A stretch of DNA of 63,580 nucleotides, filler included, from Octopus bimaculoides (GCF_001194135.2; 5 parts of 5 records of this genome joined end to end with filler, not necessarily neighbours in it); one strand, 5' to 3'; counted from the first letter of the whole stretch, positions 11,185 to 25,291 are shown. Notes: generated by a model not told the origin, from the letters alone. Numbers and translations are program-made.

Positions 11185-11611
11185 AATATAACCGTATAAC
11201 AATAAGCAATGTAACAATATACTCAGACAAGGAGTTGAATCATAACCGACCAGATATAACGTTTCTTTGGAAATAATTCAAAGAATGGACTTACATCGAC
11301 GAAGCCATACCTGCAGATCAGAATATTATGAAGACAGATGACGAAAAAATCAAGAAGACTTTCTCGCCCAAGACCTAGCATCGGAAGTGAAACGAACCCA
11401 TAGAGCCTCCGAAGTGAGTGTGATACTATTGTGATCGGTGCACTTTGGACAATCACAAAGAGGGCAATATTCTGGTATCAAATGCCAGCTGTCTTAGGAA
11501 GTATTCAAATGGCAGCAATACTTGGAACGGATCATGTGTTGAGAAAACGTTGCGTTTCTAAGCTGCAGGATGGAACCGAGACTGACATATATAAATCAGG
11601 AGAGGTTAAGG

Positions 11612-11656
<45 letters not shown>
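11185..11656 (+). mobile_element. 3' end of a second RLE-type LINE (R4-like)
   Basis: NVTIYSDKELNHNRPDI and YIDEAIPADQNI restriction-like endonuclease motifs, followed by an (ATA)n tail. Confidence 0.8.
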
Positions 11657-11657
<1 letters not shown>

Positions 11658-12620
11658 CCTTTCTACTATAGGCACATGGCCTGAAATTGGCGGCTGGAGG
11701 GGTTAAGTCGATTACATCAACTTCAGTGTTTCACTGGTACTTAATTTATCGACCCCGAAAGGATGAAAGCAAAGTCGACCTCGGCGGAATTTGAACTTAG
11801 AACGTAGCGGCAGACAGCCGGCGCGCTAACGATTCTGCCAGCTCATTACTTTAACAACAACAACAACAACAATAATAATCGTTTCTACCACTGGCACAAG
11901 GCCTGAAATTTTAGTGAGGGGGGTATTGTCGATTACATCGATCCCTGTGCTTGATTAGTACTTATTTTATTGTCCCCATGCCACAAAGGATGAAAGACAA
12001 TCGACATACCAGAGGCAAAACCATCTGCAACTGTCACATTGCCTTAAGTTGCCCTTTGAAAAGGAAATGTAATAAGATGAATGTAGTCTAAAAGTTCAAT
12101 GTTATAACATATAAAATCATTAAATTTAACATTAGCTCATAAACAGATCTTTACAAAAGATTCTACTTACATAAAAATGCCTTTTCCGACACAAGAAGCA
12201 TTCGTGCAACATCACTTTCCGAATATATGCATAACTTTAAATGAAAAATGAATAGACTATAAATTACGATGGTCTATACAATGTACAGCTGATCCTTATA
12301 AGGGGGGGGGGGGAAGACGTAGCTGTTGATTATGTTTAAACGAAGCATAGGAAATCATTATGGCTGGCGACGGTGTTCTTAATAGCGGAAGAGAGACAAT
12401 TATTAGCTGTTTACACAGAAAATCCAGGACATTGAAATTCTATGAGAAAATAAATAAGGCCGGTACTAACAATTAACACGTCATTTGTGTATATATGTCC
12501 ATGTCTCTGTACACCGTTACGTGTGACAGTGTGTACCTATACGTATATTGAGTGATACATGTATATATGTACTCTATGTATGTGTATGTGCATGCGTGTG
12601 TATATGTAAATATGTGTGCG

Positions 12621-12675
<55 letters not shown>

Positions 12676-13562
12676 NNNNNNNNNNNNNNNNNNNNNNNNN
12701 NNNNNNNNNNNNNNNNNNNNNNNNNNNNNNNNNNNNNNNNNNNNNNNNNNNNNNNNNNNNNNNNNNNNNNNNNNNNNNNNNNNNNNNNNNNNNNNNNNNN
12801 NNNNNNNNNNNNNNNNNNNNNNNNNNNNNNNNNNNNNNNNNNNNNNNNNNNNNNNNNNNNNNNNNNNNNNNNNNNNNNNNNNNNNNNNNNNNNNNNNNNN
12901 NNNNNNNNNNNNNNNNNNNNNNNNNNNNNNNNNNNNNNNNNNNNNNNNNNNNNNNNNNNNNNNNNNNNNNNNNNNNNNNNNNNNNNNNNNNNNNNNNNNN
13001 NNNNNNNNNNNNNNNNNNNNNNNNNNNNNNNNNNNNNNNNNNNNNNNNNNNNNNNNNNNNNNNNNNNNNNNNNNNNNNNNNNNNNNNNNNNNNNNNNNNN
13101 NNNNNNNNNNNNNNNNNNNNNNNNNNNNNNNNNNNNNNNNNNNNNNNNNNNNNNNNNNNNNNNNNNNNNNNNNNNNNNNNNNNNNNNNNNNNNNNNNNNN
13201 NNNNNNNNNNNNNNNNNNNNNNNNNNNNNNNNNNNNNNNNNNNNNNNNNNNNNNNNNNNNNNNNNNNNNNNNNNNNNNNNNNNNNNNNNNNNNNNNNNNN
13301 NNNNNNNNNNNNNNNNNNNNNNNNNNNNNNNNNNNNNNNNNNNNNNNNNNNNNNNNNNNNNNNNNNNNNNNNNNNNNNNNNNNNNNNNNNNNNNNNNNNN
13401 NNNNNNNNNNNNNNNNNNNNNNNNNNNNNNNNNNNNNNNNNNNNNNNNNNNNNNNNNNNNNNNNNNNNNNNNNNNNNNNNNNNNNNNNNNNNNNNNNNNN
13501 NNNNNNNNNNNNNNNNNNNNNNNNNNNNNNNNNNNNNNNNNNNNNNATATATATATATATAC

Positions 13563-14110
13563 ATACGTACCATGACAGGGAAAGTCGAACAGAGAATCTG
13601 CATCAAATTTTGCCAAAAGCTTAGCGATATTTGCTCAGAGGCCTAAGCAAAGTTTTAGAAAAGCTTTCATCGTTCTCGACACAATCAAGATCTTGTGCAA
13701 CTGAAACCCGAGTGTCTGTCTTTCTGGTCAGCTGAAGATAGTTTTCGCAGAAACCGGGTAGACATGCGTCTCATACCTAAATCTTCAGTGATGGCTGAAC
13801 TGAACCGTAACTCATTTACACATCCTCTGATAACTCACGGATGGTGATTCGACGATTTCCTCTCACAGCTGCACGCACATCTGCAATGTTTTCCTCAGTT
13901 CTGCTGGTTGCGGGTCGATATTTTTTGGCCATCTTGGAAACGTCTGAACCACTCGTACGCTCATACACTCCTCTCCATACACTTTCTGAAACTTTGCGTA
14001 GGCCTCTGAGCAGGTACCTCCATGACAACTTTCTCTGTCATGGTCTATGCGACGATCACATGCTACACACCTTCATTCCAAGCACTGCTTTAAGCAGCAG
14101 AAGTGAACTA
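13563..14110. mobile_element. Mariner transposase 5' fragments (+ at 13563-13646; - at ~13650-14110)
   Basis: MTGKVEQRICIKFCQKL on +; RPATSRTEENIADVRAAVRGNRRITIRELSEDV on - (mariner HTH region). Confidence 0.8.
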
Positions 14111-14195
14111 GAATGTTAAAACTTAGCGCGTATGCACAACAGAGTTCAATGTCAATCTGTGCCAAGCGGCTTTTTACTCTGCGTGCTTTAGCTTC

Positions 14196-14209
14196 GTTAC
14201 TATGGCAAC
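14196..14209. promoter_or_regulatory. RFX X-box-like motif GTTACTATGGCAAC
   Basis: Matches GTTRCYATRGYAAC at all positions, in non-repetitive sequence. Function not shown. Confidence 0.4.
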
Positions 14210-14648
14210 AGTCCGGATACTTATTGATCAGGCCTTGTATATTCTTTTTCACTTTATTGAGTTGTTTAACTCATCTTTTGGTTGTTCAACTTAGTTTTTG
14301 CTTTCTTTCTTCCATTTTTTTACGTACAAGCTTGTATTTCTCTCTCTCTCTTTTTCCTTTTCTCTTTTCTTTATTCTCTATTTTGTTCTTTCTCCCTTTA
14401 GCTCTCCCTTTTATCACTTCCTTTCTCTTATAAATTTTTTTCTCATGTAAAATGCCTCACCATTTACTCATCTCTAGATATTAGTTCTTTGCGACATAAT
14501 GTAATAAAGTGTTCATTGATGATCCATTGTGGTTAAGCGTCCGATTGTATTTGGAATATCCAAGGCAGTGTTCCATACAATTACAATAGTGAAACGTACG
14601 TCGGAACAATATAAAACTTGTGTTTATCGTAATTTTCTCATACATTCA

Positions 14649-14707
<59 letters not shown>

Positions 14708-14917
14708 CATATACACAGGCGCGCGAGCACGCACATATACACACATATATACGTATATATAGTTCAAGACCGGGAAAAGATAAGCAAGTTACTACTACTA
14801 CATAAACCTGATTGCGTAACACATGGAAGTACTAGTTTTATCGCAATAAAGGTGGTGCTCCAGCATGGCCGCAGTCGAATGACTGAAATGAATAAAAAAA
14901 ATATATATGTGTGTGTG

Positions 14918-14953
<36 letters not shown>

Positions 14954-15017
14954 AAAATATATATAGAGAGAGAAAGAGAGAGAACAAGAGAAAGGAGAGA
15001 GAGATATATACATGCAT

Positions 15018-15057
<40 letters not shown>

Positions 15058-15072
15058 ATATATGTGTATATA

Positions 15073-15121
<49 letters not shown>

Positions 15122-15904
15122 NNNNNNNNNNNNNNNNNNNNNNNNNNNNNNNNNNNNNNNNNNNNNNNNNNNNNNNNNNNNNNNNNNNNNNNNNNNNNNN
15201 NNNNNNNNNNNNNNNNNNNNNNNNNNNNNNNNNNNNNNNNNNNNNNNNNNNNNNNNNNNNNNNNNNNNNNNNNNNNNNNNNNNNNNNNNNNNNNNNNNNN
15301 NNNNNNNNNNNNNNNNNNNNNNNNNNNNNNNNNNNNNNNNNNNNNNNTACACAGAGGATTCCAAGGTGGCAAACACAAACCAAGACAGGAAAAATTGGAC
15401 AGTGAAAACAACATTCAAAAGCCGTACGGCCAAACGCAAATCTGAGGTAGAATGCTAGTAGTTCGTCTTGCCTTCACAGCGGCTGGAGTGAAAAGAAAGT
15501 TGACCACAGGTCACACGAGAGCAGAGAGGATGGTGGAGGGAGGAAGTGGAACAAGGAGGAAGGGACAGAAGGGTATAGCAGTGAAGTAGAGGCCAGGACA
15601 GAGGTATAGATAGAAAGATGGAGGAAGACAGATAGATAAATAGATAGAAAGATAGATAGATAATATATATATATATACACCTACCAATATACGTACATAT
15701 GTACGCACATACACACATACGTATACAATATGCATAATACATACGCACATACCTATTAAATACACCTACCTACTTATCTACCTACCTATATATCTACCTA
15801 CGTATATACATATACATGCATATATTCATATATGCACACATACCTACGTATGTACTTACCTACTGACCTACATATATACATGCATACATGCATGCATAGA
15901 TGCC

Positions 15905-15950
<46 letters not shown>

Positions 15951-16380
15951 CATACATATATTCAAATATGCACACATACATATATACATACGTGCATGCA
16001 TACATACATGCATACAAACATACATACACACGCACATATATCGCCTCTTCGTGGTGAAAGCGTGCTAAAGATTCGTCTCACGAAAGATGCTTTTTTTATA
16101 TTTTCTTTCTTTTCTCAATCACGAAAATAATCCCCAATAATTAGAAATTCATTCATATGCTTTATTTAGATACTGTCGCTTATTTAGGTCTTTCCGCTGC
16201 CGCTTGTTTTCTTCTTGTTGTTCTGACTTCATTAAACGCTATGTAACTAATACCATAAAGTGTGATTGACGGGCGCCATTTCTTTGCAGACGATATCTTT
16301 CGACCGTCGTTTTGCTGATCTATTGTATATCGTGTTTTATTATGTTGTTGTTGTTACTACTACTACTATTACTGCTACTG

Positions 16381-16438
<58 letters not shown>

Positions 16439-16894
16439 ATATTATATTGTATTGTATTATGTTACAATATACCATCCTCTAGAACTTTCAATCATTTTTT
16501 TTCTGTATTTCCTAAGTGCGAAGCGAAAAACATAAAAAAATCAAAGCAAACAAACATAAAAAGATATGCGAAATCTGATAGAAAACATGTAAACAAGAAA
16601 ATGTGTCACTTCTATTTTAGGTTTTTTAGTGTTATTTAAGCGATTAATAAAATTTCTTTGATATACGCTGCAGTGACTGTACGGTAAGAAGTTTGCTTCC
16701 CAACCATATGATCCAGGGTTCAGTTCCACTGCGTGGCACCTTCGGCAAATGTCTTTTACTATAACCTCGGGCCGACCAATGCTTTGTGGGTGGATTTGGT
16801 AGGCGGAAACTGAAAGAAGCCTAACGTTTCGCCGCCTTTCTCAAAAATTTCTGTCTTCTTTTCCCAACAGTAAGCGTCTCTGAACTAGTAAAGA

Positions 16895-17232
16895 TTTCAG
16901 CTTTACTAGTATTGGATTACTTGTGACCCTGCCTTTCTATCTTATCCTACCCAGTTTGTGAAAGATTCACAATCTCTTTCACCATAACTCCGTATATGTA
17001 CATTGTCCAAGTTCCTGTCAGGATGGTCATGGACAGTGACTCATGGTGCATTGTATGTCCAAAATATGATAGGTTTGTGGTCTGGATTCTCGACAACAGG
17101 TGTCCCTTGACTTTCAGCTTAACTAGTACTACAGCATTTGGTACCCTATCTTTCCAGCTTATTCTACCCGATCGACGTAAGATTCATATCTCAAAGAATC
17201 TATCTTCATTGTTACCAAATACATTGTCTAAG

Positions 17233-17236
<4 letters not shown>
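16895..17236 (-). mobile_element. RTE-clade LINE 3' coding fragment
   Basis: Minus frame ILRRSGRISWKDRVPNAVVL...LLSRIQTTNLSYFGHTMHHESLSMTILTG. Confidence 0.75.
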
Positions 17237-17272
<36 letters not shown>

Positions 17273-18048
17273 ATGATGGTGAAACATGGTAGGATAAAGA
17301 GATAGTTAACGGTGTTTTATGTCTGAAAAGAAAAGCGAAGATAATGAACTTTAACACACATTTTTGAAACATTTTATAATAAATCCAATACTTGACTTGT
17401 CACGGGTAAAAGCTACTCCGACAAACAAAGACGTCTTTCATTAATCACATTTGTATTTTTATCTGATTAATGTTCTTCTTCTTCTTCTTCCCCACCACCG
17501 CACATTCTCCTTATCCTTCTTCGTTTGGATCGGACTAGCAGATAATACAACCTGGCTATCAATTATATACGCTTCATTGTAAGTGTATTTCAGATAATAG
17601 TTGTTACTACGCTAAGTATTTTATTTTCACGATAATAATATTGAAAGGATAGAAAAGAAAGAAAAAAAAAACGTAAGAGACAACCAAAAACGCAGACGTG
17701 TCTTTGTGCTTAGAAGTTTGCTTCTCTACCACATGGCTCCGGGTTCAGTCCTACTGCGTAGGATCTAGGGCAAGTCTCTTCTACTATAGCCCCAAGCCGA
17801 CGAAAGCCTTGTGAATAGATTTGGTGGACGGGAAATAAAAGAAGCTCATCCTATATGTGTATATATACGGGGTACTGAAAAGTGTATATATATACGAGGG
17901 TGATGAAATGTACCTGGGTTTAAAGGTGTCGCGAAAGGCCCAATACATGCGCTTTAATACATGTAATGTGCCCTTTAAATCAATAATATTTATCTTTCAC
18001 CAAATGGAGCACTTTCTTTAGTTGAATTTTCTATCACGGAACGGTTGT

Positions 18049-18104
<56 letters not shown>

Positions 18105-18114
<10 letters not shown>

Positions 18115-18700
18115 AGACATGGACTCTGTACAAACGTCAGGTAAGGGTCCTTGAACGCTTTCATCAGAGATGTCTCAGACACATTCTCAATCTTGGCTAG
18201 ACCTCAAAAATTCCAGGCACACAGGTCCTGAGGACAGCTGATATCTTGAGTATTGAGGCGATGGTGCACAAGCACCGGTTACGTTGGACTGGACACCTTA
18301 TAAGAATGAAGGATAGCAGGATTCCTAAGCAGATGCTATATGGAGAACTTGTGAATGGAAGGAGACTCCGGCAGAAACCAAGGCTGCGATTTAAGGACTG
18401 TGTCAAGGCCTGCGATATGCAGGACATTAAAGGCCTGTGATATGCAGGACACTGACTGGGAGAACAATGCCTGTCATCGCCACAGATGGTGGAAGCAGGT
18501 TAAGTAGGGAATCGGCACTTTTGAGAAAGCACGTAACCAGCATGAAGAACATAAGCGAGCTGCACGAAAGCGCATGGCTCGTATAGTGAATGGGGAAAGC
18601 TTGGTCTGCAATGTTTGCAGTCGTGTATGCTTGTGAAGAGCAGGGCTCATTAGCCACCAACGGAGCCGCAAATGCAAAATATAAGTTAGTCCTAGAGCGC
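18105..18700 (+). mobile_element. RTE-clade LINE 3' fragment
   Basis: FHQRCLRHIL...SIEAMVHKHRLRWTGHLIRMKDSRIPKQMLYGEL...RLRFKD. Confidence 0.85.
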
Positions 18701-19285
18701 ACAATGTTCCTGAAGGTCGGCAATGATCTTCCTCAGTCACGAGTGGACGGCCATCATGTATGTATGTATGTATGTGTCTGTGTTTGTTCTCCACTACTGC
18801 TTGACAACCGGTGTTGGTTTGTTTACGTCTCCGTAACTTCGTAGTTCTGCAAAGCGGACCAATCGAATGAGTACCAGACTTAAATAAAAAAAAGTGCAGT
18901 GACCCAATATGATCGCATGGACGCAGTCCAGTGAATGAGACAAGTAAAAAATAGCAAATAGAAAAAGTAAAAGACAACGGATAAAAAGATGGACTGACAA
19001 AATAAATGGGGGGGAAAAGATAACGCAAATGAACGGAAACGAAAGAAACGTATCCGAGTCCAGGATGAAGTGAAACGAAGCGAAAAAGACTAAGTCAGCT
19101 GTTGCCACGTTTCTAAGCAGCCATTGGAGCGTAATGGATGGAGATTTCGAATCACACCTTAAATCCTCGTTAACGGAGGGATATTAATCTTCAAAAGAGG
19201 AAAAGAACACCATGATAAATGCAACATTTACAGCAGCAGCAACAACGAGAGGGAAGATGTTTAGAGATAACACGTGTGTGTTTGT

Positions 19286-19319
<34 letters not shown>

Positions 19320-19419
19320 NNNNNNNNNNNNNNNNNNNNNNNNNNNNNNNNNNNNNNNNNNNNTTAATTAATTAANNNNNNNNNNNNNNNNNNNNNNNNN
19401 NNNNNNNNNNNNNNNNNNN
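19320..19419. other. Scaffolding placeholder N44-TTAATTAATTAA-N44 (also at 44544, 55374, 57682)
   Basis: Identical 12-mer centred in 100-bp blocks of N, four times. Confidence 0.9.
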
Positions 19420-20147
19420 AGGGACTATGAACCATATATTATCATCTTTAGTGTTATCACAGTCATTAGTATAATTATTAAAAAAATTTAAATAACCTAT
19501 GTTACGTTTATGAATTTCTTTATTTCCTCTTAGCTTATTCTTATACTTAGCTAGTTCAGACATGGAAGGAGAGCCATAGTATTTAATAATAATTATTATT
19601 CTTATCATTAAAATATTAATACTAAATTAACATACATGTATATTTTTAAGCGATAAATTTATCTCATAAGCATTTTGCAACAGGAATGGGAGTCTGGCTG
19701 AAACTGAAATGAATTGAAAATTACATATGGCCTTAGCAACTAGATATTGAAAGAAATGGGGGAATCCTAGATTCATTGACTAATTCACATTGGAATAATA
19801 ATAACAAAAACCTTAGTTGTTGATTCAAGAAATTGCAAATGAGCAAGTTGTTGATTCAAGAGCATCAGCAAGGGAAACAAAAGATATTTGGGAATGTATT
19901 TTAAATATATGAAAGATGCTGCTGGTGTACACTGAACAGCCCTAGTGTAAACTAAGCCTATGCACCATATAGTTAGTTCAGGCACGGAAGGAGAGCTGTA
20001 GTATTTGATAATAATTATTATTCTTATCATTAAAATATTAATACTAAATTAATATACATGTGCATTTTTAATCAATAAGTTTATTTCATAAGCATTTTGC
20101 AACAGGAATGGGAGTCTGGCTGAAATTGAAATGAAATGAAAATTACA

Positions 20148-20214
<67 letters not shown>

Positions 20215-20425
20215 CACTCACACAACAGGTTTCTTTCAGCTGCCATCTAACAAATCTATTCATGAGGCTTTCATCAGCCCTGGAACTACAACAAAAGACA
20301 TTTCCTTAAGGTGTCACGCTGTGAGATTGAACCTGAAACCATGTGGTTGTGAAGTGAATTTCTTAACTGCACAACCATCCATGTCTTTGTCTATCACTTT
20401 TATTTCTCTTTTTATATTCCCTCAG

Positions 20426-20560
20426 GTTGTTTACACCAAATATAAACACTTTGATAATCTACTGGAATATATCCCAAGTTTCCTCGCCTTCCGTGAAGGC
20501 CCTTGTGTTAAGAGTCTTTTCAATGATATGAAAAAAGAAAACCTGCCCTTTTTTCCACAC
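20426..20560 (+). CDS. ENDOV: Endonuclease V exon (first one found)
   Basis: ctcag|GTT...CAC|gtaagt, 135 nt. VVYTKYKHFDNLLEYIPSFLAFREGPCVKSLFNDMKKENLPFFPH aligns ungapped to human VVYEESRMVSLTAPYVSGFLAFREVPF...LMPQ (recalled). Confidence 0.93.
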
Positions 20561-20645
20561 GTAAGTTGAAAACACGCAGACAAAAACCAACTTTGATGTT
20601 TATATGTGATATATGTCTATTTGTTGTTGTTGCTTTTATTGAGTG

Positions 20646-20955
20646 AAGGTGCATGGCTCAGTGGTTAGAGCGTCGAGCTTACAATCGTGAGGTTGTGAGT
20701 TCGAATCCCAGACTGGGTTGCATGTTGTGTTCTTGAGCAAGACACTTTATTTCACGTTGCTCCGGTTCACTCAGCTGTAGAAATGAGTTGCGACTTCACA
20801 GGTGCCAAGCTGTATCGGCCCCTTTGCCTTTCCCTTGGATAACACTGTGGCATGGATAGGGGAGGCTGGTATGCATGGGCGACTTGCCCGGACTTGTGCC
20901 TGGGAGAGTAACTTTCTAGGTGCAATTCCATGGTCATTCATGACCGAAGGGGGTC
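20646..20955 (+). mobile_element. tRNA-derived SINE family B (other copies ~49265-49603 -, ~39370-39735 -)
   Basis: A box TGGCTCAGTGG, B box GAGTTCGAATCC; body gagcaagacactttatttcacgttgctcc.gttcactcagctgtagaaatgagttg is shared with the minus copies. Confidence 0.8.
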
Positions 20956-21866
20956 TCAGCTCAGCTTTTAGTGTAATCCAGCTTAGTGTTGTCTGAATAA
21001 TGGTCTTTGTTGTTGTTCTTATTGTTGAGGCTCTTGTTTGTGTTTCCATTGTTGCAATTTTTCATATTATATTAGTCACATGGAGAATAAATGTTGTTTG
21101 TGTTCTTGTTGAAGTTCTTTTTCTTCTTCTTCTCCTCCTCCTGTTGCTGCTATTGTGTTTCTTCCATTCTGAGTTCAAATCCTGTCAAGATTATTTTTAC
21201 TTTTCATTTCTTTGGTTTGGGGGGGGGTAATAAAATAAAGTACCAGTTAACTACTGAGGGCAGTGTAATTGATTAATGCCCACCCCTACCCCCACCAGTC
21301 ATAAAATTACTCGTCTTTTACCTGGTGTATTAGCTGAACAGTGGTTCTCAACTGGGATTTATATGACCTCTGAGGGGTCCATAAAGAACTTTAAGGGGTT
21401 CATGCAAGCAAAATAATAGATTGGGGATCTACAGTAGTATTTTAGGTACATGGGAAAATTTTTCTTTGGACATATACTCTTTACTCCTTTACTTGTTTCA
21501 GTCATTTGACTGTGGCCATGCTGGAGCACCGCCTTTAGTCGAGAAAATCGACCCCAGGACTTATACTTTGTACGCCTAGTACTTATTCTATTGGTCTCTT
21601 TTTGCCAAACCACTAAGTTACGGGGACGTAAACGCACCAGCATCGGTTGTCAAGCAATGCTAGGGGGACAAACACAGACACACAAACACACATACGTATG
21701 TATATATATATATCAAAAATTTAAATGAGATATATAACCAAGATATATAGCCAAGGAGATCGATCCATAAAGAGTCTACTATAGACCTTTGAGGAGAAAT
21801 CTCTTGCTATTTTGGTAGCGATTACATGTTTATCTCATCAACACATTGTGGAGATATCATCATATG

Positions 21867-21904
<38 letters not shown>

Positions 21905-24900
21905 NNNNNNNNNNNNNNNNNNNNNNNNNNNNNNNNNNNNNNNNNNNNNNNNNNNNNNNNNNNNNNNNNNNNNNNNNNNNNNNNNNNNNNNNNNNNNNNN
22001 NNNNNNNNNNNNNNNNNNNNNNNNNNNNNNNNNNNNNNNNNNNNNNNNNNNNNNNNNNNNNNNNNNNNNNNNNNNNNNNNNNNNNNNNNNNNNNNNNNNN
22101 NNNNNNNNNNNNNNNNNNNNNNNNNNNNNNNNNNNNNNNNNNNNNNNNNNNNNNNNNNNNNNNNNNNNNNNNNNNNNNNNNNNNNNNNNNNNNNNNNNNN
22201 NNNNNNNNNNNNNNNNNNNNNNNNNNNNNNNNNNNNNNNNNNNNNNNNNNNNNNNNNNNNNNNNNNNNNNNNNNNNNNNNNNNNNNNNNNNNNNNNNNNN
22301 NNNNNNNNNNNNNNNNTTCATTTTACTATTTATATTATATATTCCATATTCTATATCCCACATTAATTTTATAAGAATATAAATAAAACATAAAAAACAG
22401 ACAGAGTTGGAACTCTTTTAAATAATATATATATATATATACATATATACGACGGGCTTCTTTCAGTTTCTGTCTACCAAATACACTCACAAGGCTTTGG
22501 TCAGCCCGAGGCTATAGTATAAGACACTTGCCCAAGGTGCCACGCAGTGGGACTGAACCCGGAACCATGTGGTTGGTAAGCAAGCTACTTACCACACAGC
22601 CACTCCTGCGCCTATATATATATATATATGTATTGCAAGAAACAGCTAGGTTACTTACTCTAATACTCAACATAGCTCAGCGTGTTTGCAGTCAGTGAAA
22701 CATGTTCTCTCAGAGAATCCTTTGCAAACCTATAAAGTGAATGTGTGAAAAGCAAAATAGGAATTTTGAAAGAATACCTATAAAACTAGTTTTTAAACAT
22801 TGAAAGGTTATGGGAGTCCACCAGAATAGAATAGTAATCAAAGGGATCTGTAGCAGCAGTGGTGATGGTTATGATGGTGGCGAGGTGGAGTTGTGGTGAA
22901 GGTGGAGATGTTGTACTATTGGTGGCGGTGGCAATGGTGGTGGTTGCAGTGATGATGGTAGCAAGTGGTGATTCATGATGGTTAATGCCGACTGACCAAT
23001 TGTACAAAGCAATTCATAACTATCTGTAAACTATGTTCAAACATTAAGCAAAGATAAATGTTTGATTGGTCTTTGTGCAGACAACTGAAGAAAGAAATGA
23101 ATAACTAACTCNNNNNNNNNNNNNNNNNNNNNNNNNNNNNNNNNNNNNNNNNNNNNNNNNNNNNNNNNNNNNNNNNNNNNNNNNNNNNNNNNNNNNNNNN
23201 NNNNNNNNNNNNNNNNNNNNNNNNNNNNNNNNNNNNNNNNNNNNNNNNNNNNNNNNNNNNNNNNNNNNNNNNNNNNNNNNNNNNNNNNNNNNNNNNNNNN
23301 NNNNNNNNNNNNNNNNNNNNNNNNNNNNNNNNNNNNNNNNNNNNNNNNNNNNNNNNNNNNNNNNNNNNNNNNNNNNNNNNNNNNNNNNNNNNNNNNNNNN
23401 NNNNNNNNNNNNNNNNNNNNNNNNNNNNNNNNNNNNNNNNNNNNNNNNNNNNNNNNNNNNNNNNNNNNNNAGAAAGACACAGAGAGAGAAAGACACAGAG
23501 AGAGAAAGACACAGAGAGAGAAAGACACAGAGAGAGATTAGTGTAAGCTTCAGTGTTCTTTTGTATAAGTTTCACATTCACCACAGAAAACTAACATCCA
23601 GATGTTGCCTTCTTTCATAAATTTTATTGGCTTTGCTGTTTTTCTTAAGTCATTAACATGTATATGCACTTACACACACACACACACACACACACTCTCT
23701 CTCTCTCTCTCTCTCTCACCAATGCACTGTTGATGCTCCAAGATAAGCTGAATGTCAGAGAAACAATCCAGGAAGTGGATAAGACTCTGTCACAACATCA
23801 ACATCCATGACATCCTTAATATGACATTTTCTCTCCTGGTAAATAATGAATGCCACAACATCTCAATTACAGCTGTGTTAACTATAGTACATCAATGGGG
23901 AATTTTGGGACTGATTTATTCTAAGGCTGAGCTCAAAATAAATATTTCATAAATTAACTTAAAACAATGTCTTGGAGCACCTGCATAAGTTGTATAAGCA
24001 TAGGTGTGGCTGTGAGGTGGTGGTGGTGGGGGGAGGATTTTGTTTTGCAACTGTATGGCATCAGGCGAGGGCTGAGATTGATGATGATGACAATGGCGGT
24101 GGCAGTAGTAGTGGGTATCAGTGCTGCTCCTGCTGTCGTTGTTGCTGTTGTTGTTGTTGTTTAGCATCAGACCAATCCTGTTTGAGTAAAACTACAATTA
24201 ATAGAATACCTGCATTGAATTTACCATTTTTATTTTAGGTGTTGTATATATGGAATTACTTTATATTCAATTTGTCCTCCCTGTTTTTTGAAGTTTGCAA
24301 GCTGTATTTTAAGAGATATTTGGTTGTTATTACGTCTAACAGATTGAATGGCTATGTAGTAGGGCGTCCAAAGTCCAAGAGAAATTTTGCAAGGCAGAAT
24401 GAGGTTGCTTTGAGACTTCTACCTTCAAAGTGGGTGGTGACCTCTTTCACCCATCAGAAATTCACAAGACCAATTCTTGGATATTCAGCCACTCCCTTAA
24501 ATATCTGATCCCTGGACTGATATACCACCTGAACCCTTCTCTCGTTAGCCTTGCTATGTACAGACTCCCATCTCGGTATGGAGACAATATAATTGTTTTA
24601 AAAAGAGCAAAACAAAAAATAGTGTTTCACAACATTTTCTTATCTCATAAGGCAGGGAGCTGGCTGAATTGTTAGCATGCTGAACAAAATACATACCTGT
24701 ATTTCACCCATCTTTATGTTCTGAGTTCAAATTTCACCAAGGTTGACTTTGCCTTTCATCCTTTCAAGCTCAATAATCCATCCTTCAAAAATCCTAGCCT
24801 TGTGCCAAAATTTGAAATCAATATTTTCTTGTCTCATTGTCAAATCATATAAATCACAGAGGGAGATTTGGTTGCTATTTCTAACAGGTTAGCAACAACC

Positions 24901-25291
24901 ACATAGAAACTTCTTTGTTATCTCATATGCACACATCTAGAAGTTATTGGTTTTTCATTTCATACAGTATCAATGAAAAATTCACTTGCTGTCCTTAAGT
25001 AACTTTGATCAGGTTATTTGCAGTGCTACCCAAATTTGTGTAACAATGACATCACTGTTATGTTCTTTTTTATTGTTCCTTGTCACAAGCACCTCTCGCT
25101 AGTTGTTACTATTGGTCAACAATGTATGTCAGTGATGTAGTTCTTTCATATATCCATGATACTGCAATTTTCTTGTCAACTGTGCACCTAACGTGACATA
25201 TATTGCAACAACAATATAATCAACAACAACAACATCTAACACTAACAGTTTTAGAATTTATCAAAAATCTCATTATATATTTCTTCAACAG

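Noticed and set aside
16150-16330. CpG-containing unique stretch with minus-strand ATGGCG, possible promoter or first exon
   Set aside because: The ATG frame stops after 10 codons and has no convincing donor or homology.
19364-19375. TTAATTAATTAA palindrome recurring four times (19364, 44544, 55374, 57682)
   Set aside because: Always centred in N44-12-N44 blocks; an assembly spacer with stops in all frames, not biology.
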